DNA of 48,346 nt from Chiloscyllium plagiosum (Eukaryota): NCBI RefSeq assembly GCF_004010195.1, contig NC_057728.1, forward strand, positions 53,991,313 through 54,039,658, written 5' to 3'. The translations under genes were made by a program, and so were the position numbers. Shown here one piece after another: positions 36,501-48,184 of this stretch. The notes beneath the pieces were generated by a model. The model was not told the DNA's origin. It did no database searches and saw nothing but the letters and a program-made list of their open reading frames with translations. Numbering within the stretch: position 1 is the first letter of the stretch; every line of letters starts with the position of its first letter.

Positions 36501-38590
36501 CGGAAGACGTTCTTTGCATTCCGTTCTGGCAGCACCCCACCCAATCAGACTGGACCTGCCAAACAATGAACAATCTTCTCTTTCATGCCATATAAACTGT
36601 GGCTCATTATGAAATTTGGCTTTCTTGCATCTTGCAAGGCAAAGATCTTCACACCATATCTGCTTTATGGTGACCTTCAAGAATCTGGACCACCGAGCAA
36701 TTATGATAGATAGATTCCTCTTCCACAGAGAGGTTGTACCACTTTTATGTCAAGTAATGTTGTCTCCACAATCTGTGGTCGATAGGCTTTTGTTCTCCAA
36801 AGAGCAGTGGAGTGAAGACAGGTGGATGGAGTGAGGTTGTAGATCAGTCATGGTTCAACTGAATGGCAGAATAGGATCGATGGGCTGAAGAACAATGTTC
36901 CTGTGGTCAGGTGAAGAACGTTCTGTCAAAATGTCTTAGGTTACTTGGGTGCCCATTGGAGAAGCGATCAGTGCAAAAGCTGTTGGAAAGTGGGAGTATT
37001 CTGTGGGGTAAAGGGAGAGGGGTCACAGGGTACAGCCTTAGAGAAGTCAATTCACATGAGTCAGTTTTCTGCACGGACTGAGTGGCGTAAATCTTGACTC
37101 TGCAAGAGTGTGAAGTGCATGAGAATGAGTCAGCCGGAGATTTTACAACTCTTCCAGTTTTATTTCCATTGATTCTCAGGGTTGAGTTTGACTGAGACAA
37201 TGGAAATTGTCGTGATGGGAACTCTTTTAGGCTTGATTTCTGTTCTAATCTACATAAGGGAGATATGCAGCTCTTATGTTTATGAGGGACATTGATTGTC
37301 CATGACTTAGGAAACTTAATGAACTATTTAAAAAGCAAGCAAGCGTAAAGCATTGACGACAGCTGTTACAGACTGCCTGACGTGGAAAGGAAATTTTCCC
37401 ATCGCAATCAGTGTGAGATCTCTCAAACACTTCTAGATTTAATTTAATTTCAACACTTAGTGACTTACACAGGATTCAGATTTCTGCTGAATTTCATTTG
37501 ATGGTGGCTTTTTTTAAAACAAGTATAAATTTTACAGATTTAAAGTCGATTTTTAAAAGTAGATTTACACATGAAGATACTTGAAGAGGTCAATGCATGT
37601 GGTGTCATGCACAAATAGCTTAAACTCACCTTTATCTGTTAAATAAATGCTTTGTATAGCACTGAAATTTAAGGATTCATACAAATTCACAACATGGACA
37701 GAGGCCTTTCAGCCAATCAGTTACAGTGATGCACATTTCTATCCTTACCACACTTTCCAACAGTGAGTCCCAGCTCCCCACCACCCATTGACTGACAAAG
37801 AATTTCCCTCAAAATCCCTCCAGTTTCTTACCCCCAGCCCTAATTATTTCTGCCCCCAACCAAAGAGAACAGGGTTTTCCTATCCAGTCTGCATAATAAT
37901 TTTAAATACTTCAGTTCGGTCTCTGCGCTGCCTCTGCTGTTAGACATAACACAACCACAACTCATCCATTTCTCCCAAGTAAAATTTGCCAGCAATGGTA
38001 GATCTTTTTTTATATAATATCATCCTACTTCACACACCCCTGGAGCAGGTGGGAGTTGAATTGGGTCTCCTGGCTCAGAGATAGGGATACTGCCACTGAA
38101 CCACATGAGCAACCCCCATGCTCCAAGCTATCATTTATTTGTAAATGCCCTTTGCTCTACTCTTTACAGTGCAATGACCATGTAGAACTGCGCTCAATAC
38201 ACCAGCTCTGGCTGTATATCTCCAGTATAAACTCCAGCTCTTATATTCTGTGTCTCACAAATGTCAGATCTGAGACTTGGTTTCTGAGTTAAGGTCTAGA
38301 CTGCTGGGTTAGCCTGTTAGAGCATGCACTTGCCTTGAGGTTGGCTGATTCATGGTGAAGCAGAAAACAGTCAATACAAGTCAGCCTGCAGATATCAAAA
38401 AGCATTTGAAGGGCGCCATGAATCACAACTGAACAAGCCTTTCAACAGATATGACCGTTCTTCTGAATCATGCATTTCATTCAATTAAAGTCAGGGTTTT
38501 ATTGCTGGTGAAGATTTCAACATCACCTGCAAGTCCTTCTTTCATTTGTTGCATTAATCCAGTTTACAGACATGTGTGCCTGTGTTATTC

Positions 38591-38915
38591 AGGGTGGCTC
38601 AGTGGTTAGCACTGCTGCCTCACAGCACCAGAGACCAGTGTTTGATTCCACCCTCAGGTGACTGTCTCTGTGAGTTTGCACATTCGCCCTGTGTCAGCAC
38701 AGGTTTCCTCCCACAATCCAAAGATGTGCAGGTTGCGAAGATTGGCTGTTCTAAATTGCCCCACAGTGTCCAGGAATGTGCAGGTTAGGTGGATTAGCCA
38801 CGGTATCTGCAGTGCTACAGGGAAAGGTTAGGGGACATGGGTCTGGGCGGTATTCTCTTTGGAAAGTCGGTGCAGATTCGAACAGCGTCCTTCCACAATG
38901 TAGGGATTCCATCTA
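38591..38915 (+). mobile_element. Old V-SINE
   Basis: GGTGGCTCAGTGGTTAGCACTGCTGCCTCACAGC head and V-domain. Confidence 0.85.
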
Positions 38916-39639
38916 TGGAAGTATGAGGGCATAGTGACTATGGTACTGGGCTAATTATCTTTTGACCAACGCTAATAACCTGAAGACATGAGATCAACTC
39001 CCCCCACAATATAAAAATAAAGAATTGCAGAGGCTGGAAATCTGAAACAGAAATTACTAGAGAACTCAGTAGGTCTGGCTGCATCTGTAAACACAAAACA
39101 GAGTTAATGTTTCAGAAATGATAAAGAAAGAGTAACTCTGTTTTTCCTCTCTACTGATACTGCCAGACTTGTTGCGTTTCAACAGCACTTTTCTGTTTCC
39201 CACTACGACAAATTCTACTCAGTTCACTGAATGAAATCTGATGTTAAAAAGCCAGCGCCTGTCAATAACTATAAAACTACCAGGTTGCTGTAAAGATACA
39301 CATTCAGTTCACTACTGCTCTTTAGTTATGTAACTCCTGACTGAGCAATGTGGCTGACTCTGAACTGTCCTCTCCACTGGCTGACACCAACGTTATGGAG
39401 AGAGCGCACCGTTGAATTCCTTGTGACTAATTGTCTCTGTGTCATCACTGCCAGTTGTTCTCAAAAGGCAGCTGCACTCATGGACTGTGAGACATTGCAA
39501 CACAGTCAGAATGTGAGGTTGGATTTCTTCAGCCTTGAAGTTGACTCTGGCAAATCACATGACCTTATTCTTTGAAAATACTGCTAAAGTTCTGATGAGT
39601 TCCGAAACTTTGCAGTAGCAGTTGCATCATCAAAATGGA

Positions 39640-39870
39640 AACAACTTTTTCACTCAGAGGTTGGTGCATGTGTGGAATGAGCTGCTGGAGGAAGTGGTGG
39701 ATTACAACATTTAAAAGGCATCTAGATGGGTACAAGAATAGGAAAGGTTTAGAGGGATAGGGGCCAAATGCTGCAAATGGGACTAGATTAGGTTAGGATA
39801 TCTGGTCGGCATGGACAAGTGAACCAAAGGGTCTGTTTTTATGCTGTATAGCTCTATGACTCTCTGACTT
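39640..39870 (+). mobile_element. HER1/CR1 3' tail
   Basis: TGGAATGAGCTG..TTTAAAAGGCATCT..CTCTATGACTCT. Confidence 0.85.
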
Positions 39871-40176
39871 TGGAAGTTAGTAAATCCCTTTATATAGCTC
39901 GCTCTTATTGTCTTTAACAGGAATAAAGGTTGAGAGGGATGTACGATATCGCGCAAAGTCATGATGATGGTCTAAGGCCCATTATCATACACAAACACCT
40001 CTTATTGCGTGACTACAAAATCAGCTCACCCACAAGATACTAAAAAAAGCACACACGACTAAAAGAATATCATATCTATGTTGGACGTCTTCAGGCTCAG
40101 TTCTTCTCCAGTTTTGGTTCGATCCAAGAGGAAACTCACTGCTTTTCCACACTCAGACTGCCGAGTTAAAATTGCA

Positions 40177-40908
40177 AAAAGTTCTGAGGAAGGGTCACTT
40201 GACCCAATACGCTAACTCTGATTTCTCTTCACGGATGCTGCCAGACCCACTGAGCTTTTCAAGCAACTCCTGTTTTTGTTTCTGATTTCAAGCATCTGCA
40301 GCTCTTTCGGGTTTTATTTCATATTTAACTCACTGCCACTTCTCTTCCAGGTATTCCCCACCTTGAAGAAGTTCTGCTCCTCTCTCTGACAGGATTTCCA
40401 TGCCGGTCCTTTTTCTTGTCCATTGTCATTATTTTCATTGTCACTCTAAGGTGTTTGACAAGGTACTTGCGGAACCTCGCTTCCACAGCAACATCACATT
40501 CCTCAGTGACTGCCTCCGGCTCAGACACACCCCACATGGACTGCAACTCAAGTTTAATCTGTTGTGTTTTGAATCCACCCAGCATCCCAAGTATCTCCTT
40601 GATGTTCAATATCCCACAGACAGCTGCTACCGCTGCATCCTGAGATCCATGTTCAGTGCCAAGCATCATCATGTGCACACTCTCGATCGCTCTCTCCAAC
40701 AGCACCATTTCACGATGCCTCAGGACTGCACTACTCCCCATTTCACCTCATCCTCTAGCTCATTTGATTTGCCATCTAGAAACATTTTCTTTTCCAGTCA
40801 GTCACAGTTCCGAGCAAGGGTCACCGGACCTGAAACGCAAACTGTGGTTTCTCTCCACTGATGCTGCCAGACCTGCTGAGTTTTTCCAGCAATTCCTGTC
40901 TTCGTTTG
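40177..40908 (+). mobile_element. Non-autonomous PLE: pseudo-LTR / ORF N-terminus / pseudo-LTR (family B)
   Basis: 15-bp TSD CGAGTTAAAATTGCA (40162-40176, 40909-40923). Decayed hammerheads at 40184 and 40810. Peptide KVFDKVLAEPRFHSNITFLSDCLRLRHTPHGL. Confidence 0.88.
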
Positions 40909-41394
40909 CGAGTTAAAATTGCAGTTGGGATTGACAGTTCAGAATGTGAATGGTGTTGGTTAAAATAGGATTCTTTGGACTTTGGCATTAGGTGTCATTG
41001 CCAGCTGCTCGGGAGATCATGGGATGGAATGGGTTAAAATCCCTCATTTACTCACAGTTTGGAAGAAAAGTGGCAGTCAGCAAAATAAAAATTTCCAGAT
41101 AAAAGTAAGCTTTATCGGGCCGGTAGACCAGAATGTCATATGGTGTAAAATAGTTTCCATTTACTGTCAGTGCTGGCGTCTAAGAGGATTTGAAACATTT
41201 GTCAACACTCGGAACAGAAATATTCACAGAGATACTGACAAGCCCGAAAAAAATCTTCATCGTTATTGTTCGCTTAAAGGCGAACTCAATCCTACATTTT
41301 GTAATTGTTTAATTTTAAAATTCCCAGCCTTGTTTCCAGAACCCCCACCCCTTCCTATTTCTGTCGCAGCATTGGCATTAGCTGTAAATTCAGG

Positions 41395-42775
41395 ACATGA
41401 CCTCTGAAGTTCCAGGTTAAGTCCAATCCCAGGACTTTAGCACAAAATTCAAGGCTGTAACTCTGGTGCAGTATTGAGAGAGTGCTGCACTGTCAGAGGT
41501 GTTGCTTTTCAGATGAGACGTTTAACCAAGGGTCCCCCTCAACTCTGCTGCTCGAGTGGAAGTAACAGATCCCAAGGCACCATTTCCAAGAACAGCAGAG
41601 CAGATATCCCTGTGGAGTCTTATCATCTATTTGCCACACAGTCAACATCACAAAAGCAACAACTCATCTGCTCAGTGCCATTTGTATTAGTGAGGCCTTG
41701 CTGTGTATAAATTGGCTGCCATGTTTCTGATGAAGGCCTTATGCCCGACTCTCCTGCTCTTCACGTGCTGCCTGATCTGCTGTGCTTTTCCAGTGCCACA
41801 CTTTTCGACTCTGCAATGCTTCCTGTCGGCCCCAAAGGAATCTTCCACATCCATCCGCTTTCCATAAAGACTGTTCCCTCCATGACTATCTGGTCAGGTC
41901 CACGCGTCCCAACAACCCTCCCTCCCCTCCAAGCATCTTCTCCTACCATCGCAGGAATTGCAAAACCAGCGCCCACGTCCCCCCTCACCTCCATCCAAGG
42001 CCCTAAAGGAGCCTTCCACATCCATCAAAGTTTCACCTGCACTTCCACACATGTCATTTACTGTATCTGTTATTCCCGATGCGGTCTCCTCTACACTGGG
42101 GAGACTGGATACCTACTCGCAGAGGACTTCAGAGAACACCTCCGGGACACCTGCACCAACCAACCCCACCGCCTTGTGGCTGAACACCTCAACTCCCCCT
42201 CCCACTCTGCTGAGGACATGCAGGTCCTGGGCCTCCTCCATCGCCACTCCCTTACCACCCAATACCTGGAGGAAGAATGCCTCATCTTCCACCTCAGGAC
42301 CTTCCAACCGCATGGCATCAATATGGATTTCACCAGTTTCCTCATTTCCCCTCCCCCCACCTTATCCAGTTCCAACCTTCCAGCTCAGCACCGTCCTCAT
42401 GACCCGTCCTATCTTCCTTCCCACCTATCTTCTCCACCCTCCCCTCTGACCTATCACCTTTACCCCCACCTCCTTCTACCTATTGCACTCTCAGTTACCT
42501 TTCCCCCCCATTTATTTCTCCACCACCTCAGCTCCCAGTCTCATTCCTGATGAAGGGCCTTTGCCCGAAGCATCGATCCTCCTGCTTCTTGGATGCTGCC
42601 TGGCCTGCTGTGCTTTTCCAGCATCACACCCTCAATTCTAACCTCCGACATCTGCAGTCCTCACTTTTGCCATGTTTCCTGTATCACAAGTATGGCTGTG
42701 CTGAGTAAAAAATATTTCATTGGTTGTGAAACACTTTGAGACATCCAGCCGCTATGAAAAATGCTCTATGAATTC
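41395..42775 (+). mobile_element. DeuSINE (SacSINE1/AmnSINE1-like) split by a PLE
   Basis: GTGCAGTATTGAGAGAGTGCTGCACTGTCAGAGGTG..GATGAGACG..AATTGGCTGCC, resuming after 42678. Confidence 0.8.
41728..42667 (+). mobile_element. Neptune-type PLE, GIY-YIG region between direct pseudo-LTRs (family A)
   Basis: 11-bp TSD TGCCATGTTTC (41717-41727, 42668-42678). ORF FTCTSTHVIYCICYSRCGLLYTGETG..LEEECLIFHLRTFQPHGIN. Hammerhead cores at 41727 and 42547. Confidence 0.93.
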
Positions 42776-43566
42776 TTTCTTTTTTTATGAACCCTCACCC
42801 CTCCAGTTTCCCAAGGTCACCCCTAATTCCAGTCTCTGGTCCAGCCTAGGTTTAACAGCTCCACTAGCGTTGGCCATGGCTTCAGTGCACTAATTTCTGG
42901 AATTCCCTCCCTAAACCAATGGTGATCGTGATTCCAGAACTTAAATACCAGTCCAGGTGTCACTCGAAACCAGTGCCAGTACAGACACAAAATGCAGACA
43001 CAGACACAATGATTATACCTAAATTGGCAGAAACACTGAGTCGAGCCAAAGTTTAAATCTCTCTCATCCCAAAAGAATCTGTAAACATGTGCTCAGATCA
43101 GTGTTTCGGTCAGAAAGATTACAAGTTAAAGTTTGTTTTGCTGGGTAATGCATGACTGTGTGACAGACAAGTAAAGTCTTTGATGTCCAGATTTCCTGAC
43201 AGTGTGATACAACCAGTTGATAAAGATAAAACTGAAATAAACATTCCAAGTCTTTACCCTGAGGCGATTTTTTTTCAACCATTTTCATTTGTGCCCTTTC
43301 TGTTGGGTTCCTTCCTTGAAAATGCAAACCTTGGTTGGGAAGATCAATGTTTCCTGAGGAGTAACACCAAGCCTTTAAAGAAAGTGGTAAGTGGGGCCCA
43401 TTTCTGGGGCCTGGTGCCTGCAGAGTTCACCACATGGGAGATCCTGACTTAGCCACTTCCCAGGCTGTTTCTCACTCCTTCGTCAAAGACATCATGCTAG
43501 GAAGATTCCCGAGGCTGCAGTCATGGTCTGATGGTCCTCAACCTTGGCATGAGGGAGGGAAACAAC

Positions 43567-43574
43567 NNNNNNNN
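43567..43574. other. Assembly gap (8 N) next to a poly-G run
   Basis: Directly visible. Confidence 0.99.
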
Positions 43575-44106
43575 GGGGGGGGGGGGGGGGGGATTGTGGA
43601 TGAGGATGGGGACAGTGCGACTTTCTTCTGAAAATTAATTGGCTTTAATCCACTCTGAACGGCCAAAGCTGCCAGGGTGCCCCTGCTGGAGCCACGGTTA
43701 AGGATTACAGAGCAAGGAGGTTACAATAGGTGGCACAGTGAACCCATCCAGCCATATCTAGGCTCTGGTCAGGCTCAGATCTTAGTGTGGGTGCCCCATC
43801 CACCATCGGGAGGTTTGCCAAGAGGTGGAAACACGTTCAATGCCAGGTTTTGTTCATTTCTTCCCAGTTTATATGTTCCCCACTCCTCCCACCCTCGTAC
43901 ACCCCCACCCCTTCCAGCCCTGGGTATGGGAAGATCCCACTCATGAGAACTACGTTGGCAAGGGGAGCCTAATCATTTCCAGTTCACTCATTAGCATATT
44001 GACAATTCCTGAGGCTGTAATCTGAGATTTAACACAAAGAAAGACAAGTGATTACTCGTTAGGAGCAGGATTAGGCATTTTAGCTCTTCAGACTGATTCC
44101 ATCCTT

Positions 44107-44138
44107 TCCTGATGAAGGGCTTTGCCCGAAACGTCGAT
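44107..44138 (+). ncRNA. Minimal type I hammerhead ribozyme (family A), intact core
   Basis: TC-CTGATGA-A-GGGC(TTT)GCCC-GAA-ACGT-C-GA. GUC cleavage triplet ends at 44135. Confidence 0.8.
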
Positions 44139-44243
44139 TCTCCTGCTACTCAGATGCTGCCTGACCTGCTGTGCTTTTCCAGCACTACACTCTCGACTCT
44201 GATCTCCAGCATCTGCAGTCCTCACTTTCCCCTACTTTCCCCC
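44108..44243 (+). mobile_element. Solo PLE pseudo-LTR (family A)
   Basis: 13-bp TSD GATTCCATCCTTT (44095-44107, 44244-44256). Confidence 0.92.
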
Positions 44244-44522
44244 GATTCCATCCTTTGAAAAAGGTCATGGCTCATCTGGTTGTGGTTTCAACTGCTGCCT
44301 GCCCTCATAATCCTTGACTGTTTCTCTGTACAAAACCTATCTGGCTCTACCAATGATTGGAGTTCAAGACCCAGCCTCCACTCCTTTCTGGAGAAGAGAA
44401 TTCCACAAAGTAATGACCCCCTGAAAGTAAAGGAAAGGGCGATCTCGTTTTTAAACTGCATCCCTGGTTCTAGTTTCCCTCACAAGGAGAAAGTTAAAAA
44501 TCACACAACACCAGGTTATATT

Positions 44523-44828
44523 CATTTCTGTTTCTTTTTCTCAGAGGTTGGTAAATGGGGTCCAAATCAAAGTGTTTATTGATGGAGTTCTGGTTTGAAT
44601 GCCAGTCCTCTAGGAATTCCCATGTGTGTCTGTGTTTAGCCTTTCTAGGATGGATGTGTTGTCTCAGTCGAAGTGGTGTCCTTCTTGGTCTGTATGTAAG
44701 GATACTAATGATAGTGGGTCATGTCTTTTGGAGACTAGTTGGCATTTGTGTATCCTGGTGGCTAGTTTTCTGCTTGTCTGTCTGATGTAGTGTTTGTTAC
44801 AGTTCTTGCATGGTAATTTGTAAATGAT
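44523..44828 (-). mobile_element. Older Poseidon-type GIY-YIG fragment
   Basis: Minus strand IYKLPCKNCNKHYIRQTSRKLATRIH, homologous to 26330-26600. Confidence 0.85.
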
Positions 44829-45360
44829 AAAAATTTGTAAATTTGCTCACTGATGGTATAGGGTCAAATCTGACGTCATCAATCCTTTTTGCTACTTCTT
44901 CAAAAAATTCAGTTAACTAAGTGAGACATGATTTCCCATGCACAAAGCCATGTTAACTATCCCTAATCACTCCTTGTATTTCCAAATATGTGTAATCCCA
45001 TCCCTCAGGATTTCCTCCGAAAATTTGCTCACCACCGATGTCAGGCTCATCGGTCTATAGTTCCCTGGCTTTTCCTTACCACCTTTCTTAAATATTGGCA
45101 CAACGCTAGCCAACCTCCAGTCTTCCAGCACCTCACCTGTGATTATCGATGATACAAAGATCTCAGCAAGAGGCGCAGCAATCACTTCCCTAAGTCCCAT
45201 AGAGTTCTAGGTACACCTGATCAGGTCCTGGGGATTTATCCACTTATGTGTGTTTCAAGACATCCAGCACTTCCTCCTCTGTAATATGGACATTTTTCAA
45301 GATGTCACTATCTATTTCCCTACATTCTATATCTTCCATGACTTTCTCCACAGTAAATAC

Positions 45361-45758
45361 TGGCAGCACGGTGGCTCAGTGGTTACCACTGCCGCCTCAC
45401 AGCACCAGGGTCCCAGGTTTGATTCCAGCCTCGGGCAACTGTCTGTGTAGAGTTTGCACATCCTCCCTGTGTCTGCGTGAGTTTCCTCATACAGTCCAAA
45501 GATGTGCAGGTCAGGTGAATTGGCAATGCTAAATTGCCCATAGTGTTAGGTGCATTGGTCAGAGGGGGGTGGGTCTGGGTGGGTTGCTCTTTGGAGCTGG
45601 AAATGTGTTACTGGAAAAGCGCAGCAGGTCAGGCAGCATCCAGGGAACAGGAGAATCGACGTTTCGGGCATAAGCCCTTCTTCAGGAATCTTTGGAGGGT
45701 CTTTGTGGACTGGTTGGGCCAAAGGACCTATTTCCACACTATAGGGAATTGAATCTAA
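45361..45758 (+). mobile_element. HE1-type V-SINE nested in CR1, itself interrupted by a PLE piece (45597-45688)
   Basis: SINE head and tail present. Inner 9-bp TSD TCTTTGGAG (45588-45596, 45689-45697). Confidence 0.9.
45653..45690 (-). ncRNA. Minimal type I hammerhead ribozyme (family A), intact core
   Basis: Minus strand: GATTC-CTGAAGA-A-GGGC(TTAT)GCCC-GAA-ACGT-C-GATTC. Confidence 0.8.
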
Positions 45759-47392
45759 TCTTCCCCCATCTCCTGAGACTCCACACAAAGGCGGTCTTGC
45801 TGATCTTTAAGGGGCCCTATTCCCTCCCTAATTAACCTTTTGTCCTTAATGTATTTGTAGATACTTTTTGGATTCTCCCTAACCCTATTTGCCAAAGCAA
45901 TCTCATCGCCCCTTTTTGCCCTCCTGATTTCCCGCATAAGTATACTCCAACTCCTTTTATACTCTCCTGGGGATTCAATCGATCCTTGCTGTCCAAACTT
46001 GTCATATGCTTCCTTCTTTTTCTTAACCAAAACTTCAATTTCTCTTGTCACCCAGTATTCCCTACAACTACCAGCCTTGCCCTTCAGTCTACCAGGAACA
46101 CAATGTCTTTGGACTCTCGTTCTCTCATTTCTGAATGTTTCCCATTTCCAGCTGTCTCTTTACCTGCGAACATCCACCACCTCCCCATTAGCTTTTGAAA
46201 ATGTTTGCCTAATACTGTCAAAATTAGCCTTCCTTCGATTTAGAACTTTAACTTTTAGATATGGCTTATCCTTTTCCATCACTATTTTAAAACTAATAGA
46301 ATTATGGCCACTGGCCCCAAAGTGCTCACCTACCCTGCCTTATTTCCCAAGAGTAGGGCAAGTTTTGCACCTTCTCTATTAGGTACATCCACATACTGAA
46401 TCAGAAATGTTCTTGTGCCACACTTCACAAGCCATCCAAGCCTTTAACACTATGGCAGTCCCAGTCTAAAATCCCCTACCATAACCACCCTATTATCCTC
46501 ACAGATAACTGAGATCTCCTTACAAATTTGTTTTTCCAATTTCCAGCTGACTACCGGGGGGACAATTGTACAATCCCAATAAGGTTATCATCCCTTTCCT
46601 ATTTCTCAGTTCCACCCAAATAACTTCCCTGGATGTATTCCCAGGAATATCCTCCCTGAGAACAGCCATAATGTTATCCTTAATCAAAAATACCACTCCC
46701 CCTCCTCTCTTGTTCCCTTTTCCATCTGGCTCCCTTTTCTGTCCTTCCCTCTAGGATCTATACTCTGGAATGTTGAGCTGCCAGTCCTGCTCATCCCTGA
46801 GCCACGTCTCTGTAATCCACTCGTCACAGTCTGCCATCCCCATACAGACCGCTTTATCCTTTGCTATTAGATAACCCATGCTCATGTTACCCCCTATATC
46901 TTCAGCTCTTATTTTGTGCAAACGAAGGCCTCCTGCAATATTATCACTGCTGGAGTGCAGAAAAAGTGACCAAATAACCAGGTTGGTATGTACTTTAAAT
47001 AATTACTTTTGAATATAAATAAATAGTTTTGAATTACAGATAAACAATTATGAATTAGTTAAAATTCTACACTGATGACAAGGGACATAGACTGGCTACT
47101 TTCAAGCTTCAGATGCTTTGTACTGCAGAGAAAAGAAACAACTCCTGCTTTCCCAGAGATCATATTCCAAAATATTCACACCTTCCAGCTGTTCAGCTAG
47201 CTGGAGTCAATCACATAGTTGCTGACAGGCAGAAGGCCTTTGTCATTAATAGCTGATCAGTACTCCACAGAGCAGTCAATTACCTATTGCCAACCAGACA
47301 ACCATATTCACATAAACCCCTTGGCACTAACTTGTCTGCAAACTCAGGCTTTCACCAGTGCTTGAACAAGCAGCTGTGTAAATAGTACTTAC

Positions 47393-47480
47393 AATGAGTA
47401 TCAGGTTACTTGCTTTTAGAAAGTGCAACAATCTTTCAGCAATCCTTTGGCTTGTAAAGCAGTTCTTGTCCCATTTCATT
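47393..47480 (-). other. Candidate 88-nt exon (minus strand)
   Basis: Acceptor TTATTTTTGTATTTTTGATTGCAG and donor ATT|GTAAGT. One frame is open: MKWDKNCFTSQRIAERLLHFLKASNLILI. Confidence 0.35.
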
Positions 47481-48184
47481 CTGCAATCAAAAATACAAAA
47501 ATAATGATACAATCTTTACAATGTATGTATGTCTATTTCTCTATTCTCTATGTGTGTGCATGTGTGTCTCTCTGTGTCTCACCTACCTATCTCATTCCCA
47601 ACTATCTTCCCCCAGCCCCACCCCTGGCCCAGTGATCCAAGGGCAGTGCGAGAATGGTTGGCAAACGTTGACCATGCCAGGGATGAGATATCCATGAAAG
47701 AAAAAGGCCCTTCATCACCAATAACTCAGTGGGCAGTTGATGCACGTCAAGGAGATGGAGAGAGAGGTGTCTGAGGTCGAGCTCAGCACTTCCGAAATTT
47801 TGAAAGTAAGAAATGTTCACAACTCCAAGATCATCGTTGTCAAGGGGAGGCCCATGTGTCGACCATCTTAGCCATCTTTCAACCATCAGGTGAGTGTTGG
47901 TTTTGGGGGTGGGTTTAAATGCTTCTGGAGCATTGGCTCCCTGCCTGCCACCGTTGGGGGTGGGGGGTGGGAGTGGGGGGGGAAAGGGTCACCCCTCCTT
48001 ACTGGACATGTATTGACCACTGCAGGAACCTACCGGCTCACTGGAGAAATCCAATGAATGCAGGAGAGGAACCTTTAAGGACTCCTTTATTGGCTGGATG
48101 CCACTGGGTAAGCCTTTGATTCTGACCTGTTTGATCACCTCGCTGGAGGGACACTTATCCTACTGGGGAGCCAGACATAAATTC

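Larger units (their letters stand above)
44830..46810 (-). mobile_element. CR1 LINE ORF2 (endonuclease to RT start)
   Basis: Peptides DWRLASVVPIFKKGGKEKPGNYRPMSLTSVV and ENPKSIYKYIKDKR. Confidence 0.95.

Noticed and set aside
39960..40190. C/D snoRNA (ATGATGA box)
   Set aside because: No suitably placed D box or terminal stem. The next CTGA belongs to a PLE.
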